Origin: Candidatus Cloacimonadales bacterium
Lineage (GTDB): Bacteria; Cloacimonadota; Cloacimonadia; Cloacimonadales; JAFGVF01
Assembly (NCBI GenBank): GCA_963663475.2
Contig: CAXXJV010000001.1
Location: forward strand, 128,001-192,000
Length of the DNA stretch: 64,000 nucleotides
Direction of reading: 5' to 3'
In this document: positions 54,443 through 64,000 of the stretch, piece by piece
Numbering within the stretch: the first letter of the stretch is position 1
How the letters are laid out: each line of letters begins with the position of its first letter
Position numbers and translations under genes: made by a program
The notes under the pieces: model-generated
Database searches by the model: none
The model's input: only the letters and a program-made list of their open reading frames with translations
What the model was told of the DNA's origin: nothing

Positions 54443-57400
54443 TTATTGTCTTCTAAGTCCCTTTGCAGGAGTTTCAATAACATCAGAAGATGCTGTAACT
54501 CTGAAGAATTTCATATTTTCTGTACCAGTATAAGTATAACTTAATTCTGAAACAGAAGCAATTGGATTTTCTTCATCATAATCACCATCAGGTGTATCAC
54601 AAGCATAAACATTATAAGAATTTGCATTAGCAGCAGCTTCCCATGAAATTACAATAGCACCATCAGCAGAAATACTTACAGAAGTTGGTATTTCAGGAAC
54701 AACAACAAGTGGACTTGCAGTCAAGTTGATTTCATAAGCAAATGACTGAGGACTTGGGTATGTTGATAGTATCAAGTAATATGTACCAGCTGATATTTCT
54801 ACACTTGTATAGGTAATTACAGTACTAGAAGTTGTATTTTGATTAACAGGTGTAGGAGGATTATCTGCATTAGGTTCTTCATCAAGAATAAAAGCCCCAA
54901 TCCAGCTTCCTGTAGTCGCTGTTATAGTACCATCAAGTGTTACGTCTGTATCAAAAGTAAATTGATATACAACATCATCACCATTAAGATAACTAGATGA
55001 TGGAGAAATCATAGTAGAACCATAATCATCACCATAATCAGCAGTATTGCCAGTAACATCTACAACAGGGAATTCTAATGGTAATGGATTAGAGCATACT
55101 GAACCTTGAGGTGGTATATATCCTTCACCACTTAATGCAACTTCATTAACACCTCTGTTATTACTAGTGTTTTTAACAGCAGTATTAACTCTGAATCTTC
55201 TACCTAAATCATCAGTAATTTGAAGAGTTGCATTTCTTACACCTTCAACACTTGGAGTAAAATCAAGACTAATAACTAATGATTGATCTTCACCAAGAGC
55301 CATAGAAGCTTCAGGATCTGTAGAATAAGCAAAGTCAGTAGCATTATCACCAACGATCTCAATAGTTGAGATATTAAGTGTTCCCACACCAATATTAGAG
55401 ATAATAACATTATCAGAAGCAGTTTGACCTACATTCACTAAACCAAAATCAATTTCAGTAGCATTTAGAGAAGCAACTGGAGTAGAAGCAGGTTCACCAA
55501 AGTAGATATTGTCAATATCGAACCAATAGTCATTTACATCATCATCTAACATTTCAAATCTAAAGATTACTGATTGACCAGCAAAAGCACTAATATCAGT
55601 AGTAAATGTTGTGAAATCAGCAGTATCAATATGATCACTACCATTAACTGAAGCAATCGGATTGAATGTTGCACCATTATCTGTAGATGCGGTAACAGTT
55701 AGATAATCATGTCCATCAACTGAAGTGATACCAACAGTACCTGCTGACCAGTTTGTAAGTCTATAATCAAGAGTAATCTCAGCTGAAGCATTAATATTAT
55801 TCATTGATTGGAACTGAATATAACCATTACTATCAGTACTATAAATGTTTTTATACATTACATTACCAACTGTGTTATGCTGATCTGTTCCAATAATGAA
55901 ATTGTGTTCAGTTATTGCTTGTGGAGTTGAGGTTGAACCCTCAAAATCTACCATAATTGGCATAGGTATTGTAGGATCAGGAATTGTAGTAAATGACCAC
56001 ACCTCTATACCTTCAGTAGCTTGACCAACAACATTATAAGGAATAACTTTCCAGTAGTAACTTGTTGAGTAGTCTAAACCACTATAAGCATAAGTAGTTT
56101 CAATTTGATCTACAGGAGTTACACCAGCAAATGTATTATCAGTTGATAAATAAACATAATATCCTGTAGCACCTGTAGCAGCTTGCCAGCTTAAGTTACC
56201 ATTGAGAGCAACATCAGTAGCTTCATCAGCAGGTGAAGTATATGCAACAGCATCAGGAGCATTACCAATAGTAGTAAATGACCAAGTTACTTGCTCTTCA
56301 ACTGGTGTTGTTCCTGAAACATTACGAGCAATAACTTTCCAATTATAGACTGTAGAAGGATCTAAATCTGTCACTTCATACTCTTCAACAGCAAGAACAT
56401 TATCTAAGACTAATGTCATGTTATCAGGAGTACCAAAGTATAGATCTATATTATCTGTATATTCTGGGTTTGTCCAAGTCAAAGTAAGGCTAGTAGGTAG
56501 GTCAATAGCTTCATCAGCAGGACTTGGGTTAGATACTGCAGCAGGAAGTGGAATATCAGCTGTTTCAACTGTAAGAGTATAATCACCATTGTTAGAACTA
56601 TATCCAGCAACTACAATATAGTATTCACCTGCTGGTGTATATGTCTCAAGCATTTCAGACCAAGTAGCTCTATCTCTTGCTTTAGCTCTATCTCCACCAG
56701 TACTTGCAGAAGATTCATCATCATTATAGTACCAAGCATCATTATTGCTTATAGCTTGATCAATTTGATCATAAGAATTAAATATCCAAAGTTTTGTATC
56801 CCAAGCTGTACCTTCTAAAGATACTGACATTAGTTTATCGGTAGGAAGTGTTAACTGATAAACTACAGATTGAGATGAACAGAAAGGATAATAAGTTTGG
56901 AAAGGAGTAGTTGAACCAGTAACTGTTACAGAATCACCTAAGGTCATAATAAATGGATTATCATGAGTATCACCTTCAGGAATAGGAATACCTGTTCCGG
57001 TAAGGGCAACTTCGTGATTAATTGCCACGAATGGATTATTAGGATCTAATTCTTTAACTACTAGATTTCCAGCATAAATCATTTCTGCTTGTGGAGCAAA
57101 AGTCACCTCAACATCAAAGGATGAACCAACCTCTAAAGTATAAGGAGTTACGATTGCTGTATCATAAGAGTATCCTGCAGGAGTTTCAAACTCAGTAATA
57201 GTAGCAGCGATTGCTCCATTGTTTGCAACTGTAAATGTCTGACTTGCTTCATTAGCTAAGAAAACATCTTGGAAATCATAAGATTCTGGAGTAATATTAA
57301 TTAAAGTTCCTTGAGGAATCTCTTCTAAAGTTAAATCATCAATATAAAGATATTGATAAGTTGATGAGAAAGAAGTTTTGAAAGCTATTCTTTCATTAGC

Positions 57401-59659
57401 TCTTACAGGAACTTCCATTTCCACACTATATTCTGCATAAGTTGTTGTCAAATCTAATGTATCAATGGCTGTGAAGCTATCCATTGCTTGATTATATTTA
57501 CCAAGTATTAAAGTTGGAGTACCTGATCTTTTTGCCCAGAATCTAAGTCTATAAGCATCCATATCTGGAACTACAACAGGTGATATTAATTCTGCCAAAG
57601 CAGAACTATCACCAGCGTTATAAGCTCTGTAACTATAAGTCCCATTATTTGCAGAATATGAAGAAGAATATCTTCCAGCTGATGCATAAGAGCTAGTTGA
57701 AGTTAAGTTGCTTGTCCAACCAAAGAATCCTTCTTCAGTTTCAAAGTCCTGACTATAAGGAATATTGATCTCATAGATATTAGTATCAATACCAGTACCT
57801 GAAAGAGCAATTTCATAAACTTCTCTGGCTAAATCATCAGTGATTTGTAAAGTAGCTGTTTTCTCGCCAGCAGAAGTAGGATTAAAAGTAATACTTACTA
57901 ATAATTCTTCAGTTGCAGTTAAAGCATAATCTTCACTATCTGTATAAGCAAATTGATCAGCATCAGTACCAGTTATTGAAATATCAGTAATATTAAGACT
58001 ACCACCACCAATATTTTGGAGTGAGACAATTTCTTCTTCTGATGATTCATTGAGTGAGATTGTTCCGAAAGCTATAGGATCGGTGTTAATCTCAACAACT
58101 GGATTTTGTGGTAGTTCTTCAACAGTAACGTTATCAATATAAAGTCTCCAACCATCTAAACCTTCAGCTGGTACGTGAAAAGCTAAGTAGCAATTACCAC
58201 TGTAAGCTGATAAATCTACAGTTATTTCTTGATAAGTTGTATTTGAATATTCAGCAAGAGGTAAAACAATTTCTGTAAAATCTTCTGCCCCGCTTCCACT
58301 TGTTGATAAAACAACTTGGAAATCATTTGGTTCACCAGCTGATTGAACTCTTTGCCAGAATTTTAATCTTTCATTACCTGTTAAAGTTAATTGTGGGGTA
58401 ATAAGATAATCATCATTACCACCAGCATTATAATCAGTAGTAATAGTAGCTACTTGACTACCTTCATAAGTATTGGAAGTATAGTTTGTTACCCACTTAT
58501 CATTATCTTCATTATTATCAAGAATTGCCCAATTTAAGTCATCATCTTCAAAATCTTCAAACCATGGAAATTCTGAAATCACAGGATAAGCTGTTGTAAA
58601 AGAATATACTTCACTTTCTGTTTCTATAGCAGTAGGACCTACAGCTACAACTTTCCAGAAGTAAGTAGTTCCATTTGTTAATGAACTTGTATAAGGTGAA
58701 GTAGCAGGATTAACAATAATTGCATCAGTAAGTTCTGCATTTTCTGCCAAATATAAGACTGCATAATCTGTGTTTGAACCGTTTGTCCATTCTAAGTTTG
58801 TATCGATTGCCACATTTAAAGCTCCATTACTTGGGAGTGTTAATTCTGGTATATCTGGAGTATTTGGGTCAACAACTGTTGTAAAAGATCTAATCTCAGA
58901 TATTACTGCAAGATCAGTTGGTCCAATAGCTTCCACTTTCCAAAAATAAGTTGTACTATAATCTAATGAAGAAGTATATGGTGAAGTAGCAGGATCAACA
59001 ATAGTTGCTCCAGTAAAATCTTCATTATCTGCTAAATATAATACAGCATGATCTGTGTTTTCACCTTCTGTCCATTCTAAATTTGTATCAATTGCTACAT
59101 TAGTTGTACCATTAACTGGTGAAACTAAAGTTGGAGCATCTGGTGTGCCTGCAACAAAATTACCCAAGACAACATCATCAATATAGCAATAATAAGCATA
59201 ATTACTAAAATAGTGGATTGCTACATATTTTGTCTCTGCTGGTAAGGTAGTGTTGAGGTACTGTGTCCAACTTGTTGTTGGGTAAATAGTCTCTGTCCAG
59301 GTAAAATCAGTTTCTACATCATTACCAGTTGTTGACCAACCTACAGCGATAGATTCTGAACCAGAAGTATATTTACGATGATAAAATGAAAACTCATTTT
59401 CAGCATCAGTCCAATTTATTTCATTAGAAACCATGTACTGATCGTAGGAACTATCTGAACTGAAAGAAGAAAATCTTAGAGAATAAGTTCCAGTGTTAGC
59501 ATAAGTGTTTGATTGGGTGATTGGGTTAGTTGCACTACCAGTATCAATCAAATTCCAGTTTGGTGAAGGCCAGGTTTCAAATCCATCTGTTAGTTGCTGT
59601 GCAAAAACAGATGTTATTGTTAAAACAAATAGCATTAAGGCTAATATCGTTTTTTTCAT
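54443..59659 (-). CDS. Large secreted/surface modular protein (cleaved-adhesin/choice-of-anchor J, Ig-like choice-of-anchor D, FN3-like repeats)
   Basis: Signal peptide; DDYLITP, YIDDV, N.G...L.I, F.P...G...A.L.I and TTY.WKV repeats. Confidence 0.8.
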   Translation of the reverse strand: MKKTILALMLFVLTITSVFAQQLTDGFETWPSPNWNLIDTGSATNPITQSNTYANTGTYSLRFSSFSSDSSYDQYMVSNEINWTDAENEFSFYHRKYTSGSESIAVGWSTTGNDVETDFTWTETIYPTTSWTQYLNTTLPAETKYVAIHYFSNYAYYCYIDDVVLGNFVAGTPDAPTLVSPVNGTTNVAIDTNLEWTEGENTDHAVLYLADNEDFTGATIVDPATSPYTSSLDYSTTYFWKVEAIGPTDLAVISEIRSFTTVVDPNTPDIPELTLPSNGALNVAIDTNLEWTNGSNTDYAVLYLAENAELTDAIIVNPATSPYTSSLTNGTTYFWKVVAVGPTAIETESEVYSFTTAYPVISEFPWFEDFEDDDLNWAILDNNEDNDKWVTNYTSNTYEGSQVATITTDYNAGGNDDYLITPQLTLTGNERLKFWQRVQSAGEPNDFQVVLSTSGSGAEDFTEIVLPLAEYSNTTYQEITVDLSAYSGNCYLAFHVPAEGLDGWRLYIDNVTVEELPQNPVVEINTDPIAFGTISLNESSEEEIVSLQNIGGGSLNITDISITGTDADQFAYTDSEDYALTATEELLVSITFNPTSAGEKTATLQITDDLAREVYEIALSGTGIDTNIYEINIPYSQDFETEEGFFGWTSNLTSTSSYASAGRYSSSYSANNGTYSYRAYNAGDSSALAELISPVVVPDMDAYRLRFWAKRSGTPTLILGKYNQAMDSFTAIDTLDLTTTYAEYSVEMEVPVRANERIAFKTSFSSTYQYLYIDDLTLEEIPQGTLINITPESYDFQDVFLANEASQTFTVANNGAIAATITEFETPAGYSYDTAIVTPYTLEVGSSFDVEVTFAPQAEMIYAGNLVVKELDPNNPFVAINHEVALTGTGIPIPEGDTHDNPFIMTLGDSVTVTGSTTPFQTYYPFCSSQSVVYQLTLPTDKLMSVSLEGTAWDTKLWIFNSYDQIDQAISNNDAWYYNDDESSASTGGDRAKARDRATWSEMLETYTPAGEYYIVVAGYSSNNGDYTLTVETADIPLPAAVSNPSPADEAIDLPTSLTLTWTNPEYTDNIDLYFGTPDNMTLVLDNVLAVEEYEVTDLDPSTVYNWKVIARNVSGTTPVEEQVTWSFTTIGNAPDAVAYTSPADEATDVALNGNLSWQAATGATGYYVYLSTDNTFAGVTPVDQIETTYAYSGLDYSTSYYWKVIPYNVVGQATEGIEVWSFTTIPDPTIPMPIMVDFEGSTSTPQAITEHNFIIGTDQHNTVGNVMYKNIYSTDSNGYIQFQSMNNINASAEITLDYRLTNWSAGTVGITSVDGHDYLTVTASTDNGATFNPIASVNGSDHIDTADFTTFTTDISAFAGQSVIFRFEMLDDDVNDYWFDIDNIYFGEPASTPVASLNATEIDFGLVNVGQTASDNVIISNIGVGTLNISTIEIVGDNATDFAYSTDPEASMALGEDQSLVISLDFTPSVEGVRNATLQITDDLGRRFRVNTAVKNTSNNRGVNEVALSGEGYIPPQGSVCSNPLPLEFPVVDVTGNTADYGDDYGSTMISPSSSYLNGDDVVYQFTFDTDVTLDGTITATTGSWIGAFILDEEPNADNPPTPVNQNTTSSTVITYTSVEISAGTYYLILSTYPSPQSFAYEINLTASPLVVVPEIPTSVSISADGAIVISWEAAANANSYNVYACDTPDGDYDEENPIASVSELSYTYTGTENMKFFRVTASSDVIETPAKGLRRQ

Positions 59660-59913
59660 ATTTTCTCCCTTAATTAATGTGCGTTTTATACTCTGAAATG
59701 TGCATAAAACACTTTTGCTGTAATTTGTTAGTGAGTCTGAGGGGGATTGTGTAGTGTGCGTGGTGATGCATTTAAATGGTGCAAGCCCCTACAGCCCTAA
59801 CTCATTACAATGTAATTATTTATAATGTACATGTTAATTTATCATTAATAATATCTTTGTCAATCTTTTTTTAATAATTCTTCATTTTTTCTGGATTACG
59901 AGCTTCTTCTTAC

Positions 59914-60175
59914 TAGCTGGGTGCGACTGCATCTCTGCCAGCGTCCAGTGCGTAAGTGTTGGACTTCTGCAATTTTACCATTGACAACGCACACCAGTGC
60001 GTGGTGCGGGCAGGGATGCCCGCCTTCCCAGTTAATATGCCAGCAGGGATGTTGACGCTCCCAGTGCGTAAGTAAGTGCTGGACTTCTACAATTTTACCA
60101 TTGACAACGCACACCAGTGCGTGGTGCGGGCAGGGATGCCCGCCTTCCCAGTTAATATGCCAGCAGGGATGTTGG
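59914..60175. repeat. 120-bp tandem duplication built from REP units
   Basis: 59945-60054 repeated at about 60062-60174. Confidence 0.8.
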
Positions 60176-60299
60176 CATCTCATTCAAATTTCATTTTTCA
60201 TTTTCTTTTTCATTTTTCATTTTTCATTTTTCATTTTTCATTTAAAAAAGCCCCCGCTTTTTTAGCAGGGGCTTTTGATTAATTAAGGGTTAATATATC

Positions 60300-63200
60300 T
60301 TAGTTTCTACCGAATCTTTTAGCAGGGCTAATAGTATCAGTAGAAGCTTTAACTTTATAGAATTTCATAGGTTCAGTTGCTGTGAATGTATGACCAGTAG
60401 CAGCAATTGATTCAAGTAATACATATTCGCCATCAGGTGTATCACAACCGTAGATATTATAAGAGTTTGCATTAGCAGCAACATCCCATGTTATGGTTAT
60501 TGAAGCACCATCATTAGAAATAACGAAGTTAACAGGTACTTCAGGATCTGTAACCATAGGTTCACCGAAGTAGATGTTATCAATATCGAACCAGTAGTCA
60601 TTAACACCATCATCTTCCATTTCGAATCTAAAGATAACAGATTGACCAGCATAAGCAGAGATATCAGCAGTAAATGTTGCAAATTCAGCTGAATCTACAT
60701 GGTCAGTACCATTAACTGCGTCAACAGGGTCAAAGCTTGCGCCATTATCTGTAGAAGCATAAATACTTAAGTAGTCATGTCCTTCAACTGAGGTAATACC
60801 TACAGTTCCAGCTGACCAGTCTGTCATTCTGTAATCTAAAGAAATTACTGCAGAAGCAGGAATGTTATTCATTGATTGGAATAGAATATATCCATTTGTT
60901 GCAGTGCTATAGATATTCTTATACATAACATAACCCACAGTATTATGAGCACCTATTCCGATATTGAAGTTTTCAGAGGTAATAGCTGCAGGATTAGTAG
61001 TAGAACCTTCGAAGTCAATAGCAACAGGCATTGGGATAGATGGGTCAGGAATTGTAGTAAATGACCAGACTTCTATATTACCTGTAGCTTGACCAATAAC
61101 ATTGTAAGGAATAACTTTCCAGTAGTAAGTAGTCTCGTAGTCTAAACCACTGAAATCATAATAATTAGCAATTTCATCTTCAGGAGTTACACTAGCAAAT
61201 GTTTCATCTGTTGAGAAATAAACATAATAACCATCAGCACCTGTAGCAGCAGACCATGTTAAACTTCCACTAAGAGCTACATTAGTAGCTTCATCAGCAG
61301 GAGCTGTATAAGTAACAGGTTCTGGAGCTGAGCCAACAGTTGTGAATGTCCAAGTTACAACTGAATCAGCAATTGTTTCACCAGTATAGTTACGACAAAT
61401 CACTTTCCATGAATATTCAGTATTTGGATCTAAATCAGTTACAGCATACTCTTCAACAGCAGCAACATTATCAAGAACTTTAACCATGCTACGTGTTGCC
61501 ATAAGACTACGACTATTAGCTGGTTCAGGTGTTGGTCCAAACCAAAGATCAACTGTTTCTGTATAATCTGCATTATTCCAAGTTAATGTAAGATCTGTTA
61601 ACTGGTCAATATCCCCATCAGCTGGACTTGGGCTAGTTGCAACTTCAGGAGCTGGTAAAGGATCAGCTGTTAAGTTGATTGTATAATCAATACTTTGAGG
61701 TGCAGGATAGCTAGAAATAATTAAGAAATATGTTCCAGCAGGGATCATCTCATTTGTATAAGTTAAAGAATTACTTGAAGTTGATTTAGTCAAAAGAACT
61801 TCAGCTGGGGTAGTTTCATTAGGTTCGTCAGCAAGGATAAAAGCACCAATCCAAGAACCAGTTGTTGTAATAGTACCATTTAACAACATTGAATTTGCTA
61901 AAGTAAATTGATAAACAACATCATCACCATTCATATAAGAAGAGCTTGGAGAAATCCAACTAGATGAATAATCGTCTATGAAGTCAATTGTATTACCAGT
62001 AACATCAACAGCAGGGAAGGTTAAAGGAATAGGATCAGCACATGTTGAACCTTGAGGTGGTAACCAACCACTACCAGTAAGAGCTACTTCATTTACTGCT
62101 CTATTATTATTTGAAGCCTTAGAGCTTGAAGAAATTCTTACATTTCTAGCTAGGTCATCAGTTATTGCTAATGTTGCTTCTTTCAAACCTAAAGCATCAG
62201 GAGTAAAGGTAACAGTAATAGCTAATGATTCACCATTGTCTAAAGCCATATCAGGGGTTTCATCAACATAATCCCAAGCAAAGAGGCCTGCATCAGTTCC
62301 AGTAATTTCAACATTAGAAATGTTAAGAGTACCAGGACCAACATTAGTAATAGTAACTTCTTCAGCTACTGATGTAGTTGCAACTTCAACTTCACCAAAA
62401 TCAAGAGCTTGACTACTAAGCTCTGCTACTGGTGTTAGAGGAGTTTCTTCAAATGTTATGTTATCTAAATAAATGTAATTAGAAGTATTAGCAAATACAG
62501 GTATGAAAGCAAATCTTTCATTACCAGTAGTTGTGCCTTCAAATTCTATAGTTCTTTGTTCATATGTTAATGGAACGTCAAATGTATCAATGGCGGTTAA
62601 GACATTTAATTCAGTGTCATATTTTCCTAAAATCATTTCAGAATTTAGTGGACCTTTTGTCCAGAATCTTAATCTGTATCCATCCATATCAGGTACGATA
62701 TTAGGAGTGATTAGTTGAAGATTTGCACTAGCATCAGAAGAATTATAGAATTCAATAGCATTAGAACCATCTTGAACATTAGTTGCACTTGTATTTAAAG
62801 CAACTCTTGCAAAAGTAGAAGTTGATTCTACAATTGAAAGCCATCCATATAAATCACCTTCAAAAGAATCGTTCCATGGTAAATCTTCTGTATATATATT
62901 TGTATCAATTGAATTACCAACTAGTTCTACTGTATGAATAACTCTGGCTTGGTCATCTGTAATAACAAGTTGAGCTCTATGATTACCTTCTGTAGTAGGT
63001 GCATAGGCAACTTGAACAGACATATTTTCACCAGTTGCTAAAGTAACTTGGTAAGTGTTTTCATCTGTAAGTTGGAACTGATCAGCATTTGTACCACTAA
63101 TTGTAGTACTAACAAGACCAAGATCAGAAATACCTAGATTACTAACTGTTACAGTTTGAGGATCACTCACTTCGTCCATAATCTGATCAGTGAAGGTCAA

Positions 63201-64000
63201 GGTATCAGCATTTACTGTGAAAACAGGCTCAAGAGGAAGCTCTTGATAATTAAAACCTGTAACAGGTAAATAAGCTTTCATAGTACCATAAGGAATATTT
63301 CCACTTAATAATGGATAATATGTATACCCAGAATTTGATATAGATCTATTTCCATTTACAGAACAAGAATAGAAATCATCTGATGAACCCTGTGCTCCAG
63401 ATTCTTTTGCGATAAAGGTAACCACTAAATTATTAACATTATCATAGATAAATGGGGTATCTAATTCAATATTAACCACTGGATCACTTGTAGTTGTAGA
63501 TAAATCACCACTATATACTAAAGTCATTTCATCTAGATCCCAATCATAAGAATCAGCAAAAGTATTCTTAATAGTATGTCCCATATAGATATCAATTTCT
63601 TCAGTGAAAGCACTGTTATTATTAAATAAATAAGAAATTGATGTAATATAAGAATCTTCAAAATCTAATTCTGATTGATAATAAATACTTTGAGTTGTTG
63701 TATATGGATAGTAAGGATTCATTGGTAGTCCTTGAGAAGTATTTCTTGGACCATCGAAGACAATGTCAGCTCTTGGGAATGGATTACTAACAATAGTGAA
63801 TGACCAAACTTCTATAATTCCAGTAGCAGGACCAACTGCATTGTATGGTATAACTTTCCAATAGTAAGTTTGTCCATATTCAGCTGAATAAGTATAAGAG
63901 GTACCTGTTTGATCAATAGGGGTTACTCCAGCAAATAAAGAATCTGTTGCTAGATACACATTATAGCCATCAGCACCATCTACTGCTTGCCAAGTAAGAT
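60300..64000 (-). CDS. Paralogous large surface protein (5' part beyond the window)
   Basis: Frame stays open to the window edge; shares modules with 54443-59659. Confidence 0.8.
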   Translation of the reverse strand, partial: LTWQAVDGADGYNVYLATDSLFAGVTPIDQTGTSYTYSAEYGQTYYWKVIPYNAVGPATGIIEVWSFTIVSNPFPRADIVFDGPRNTSQGLPMNPYYPYTTTQSIYYQSELDFEDSYITSISYLFNNNSAFTEEIDIYMGHTIKNTFADSYDWDLDEMTLVYSGDLSTTTSDPVVNIELDTPFIYDNVNNLVVTFIAKESGAQGSSDDFYSCSVNGNRSISNSGYTYYPLLSGNIPYGTMKAYLPVTGFNYQELPLEPVFTVNADTLTFTDQIMDEVSDPQTVTVSNLGISDLGLVSTTISGTNADQFQLTDENTYQVTLATGENMSVQVAYAPTTEGNHRAQLVITDDQARVIHTVELVGNSIDTNIYTEDLPWNDSFEGDLYGWLSIVESTSTFARVALNTSATNVQDGSNAIEFYNSSDASANLQLITPNIVPDMDGYRLRFWTKGPLNSEMILGKYDTELNVLTAIDTFDVPLTYEQRTIEFEGTTTGNERFAFIPVFANTSNYIYLDNITFEETPLTPVAELSSQALDFGEVEVATTSVAEEVTITNVGPGTLNISNVEITGTDAGLFAWDYVDETPDMALDNGESLAITVTFTPDALGLKEATLAITDDLARNVRISSSSKASNNNRAVNEVALTGSGWLPPQGSTCADPIPLTFPAVDVTGNTIDFIDDYSSSWISPSSSYMNGDDVVYQFTLANSMLLNGTITTTGSWIGAFILADEPNETTPAEVLLTKSTSSNSLTYTNEMIPAGTYFLIISSYPAPQSIDYTINLTADPLPAPEVATSPSPADGDIDQLTDLTLTWNNADYTETVDLWFGPTPEPANSRSLMATRSMVKVLDNVAAVEEYAVTDLDPNTEYSWKVICRNYTGETIADSVVTWTFTTVGSAPEPVTYTAPADEATNVALSGSLTWSAATGADGYYVYFSTDETFASVTPEDEIANYYDFSGLDYETTYYWKVIPYNVIGQATGNIEVWSFTTIPDPSIPMPVAIDFEGSTTNPAAITSENFNIGIGAHNTVGYVMYKNIYSTATNGYILFQSMNNIPASAVISLDYRMTDWSAGTVGITSVEGHDYLSIYASTDNGASFDPVDAVNGTDHVDSAEFATFTADISAYAGQSVIFRFEMEDDGVNDYWFDIDNIYFGEPMVTDPEVPVNFVISNDGASITITWDVAANANSYNIYGCDTPDGEYVLLESIAATGHTFTATEPMKFYKVKASTDTISPAKRFGRN

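Overview
This is AT-rich bacterial chromosomal DNA. The large modular surface proteins and dense REP/heptamer repeats suggest Candidatus Cloacimonadota, but that is inference only. Left (0.3-12.5 kb): a TetR-headed operon for an MBS/MBX-type Mrp-linked respiratory complex, ending in a ferredoxin-GltD-like flavoprotein fusion, followed by a rubrerythrin-like gene. Middle (12569-45227): a complete-looking 32.7-kb Mu-like transposable prophage. It has a 5-bp target duplication (TGAAG), non-canonical TA...TA termini, arrays of 22-bp end sites, and divergent head/tail modules. It also carries a portal-MuF-nuclease triple fusion, a promoter- and terminator-bounded ~250-nt structured non-coding RNA candidate with covarying repeated hairpins, a Dam-type restriction-modification pair, a second methylase that appears to start at ATA, and a frameshifted terminase. 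Many host palindromic repeats sit in-frame in phage genes, all in one orientation. Right (45.2-64 kb): a SAM-II-like riboswitch with metK, an IS21 element, an M23 peptidase, an olsB/olsA-like acyltransferase pair, an unassigned structured RNA before ispF, and two paralogous large surface proteins (the last is truncated by the window edge).
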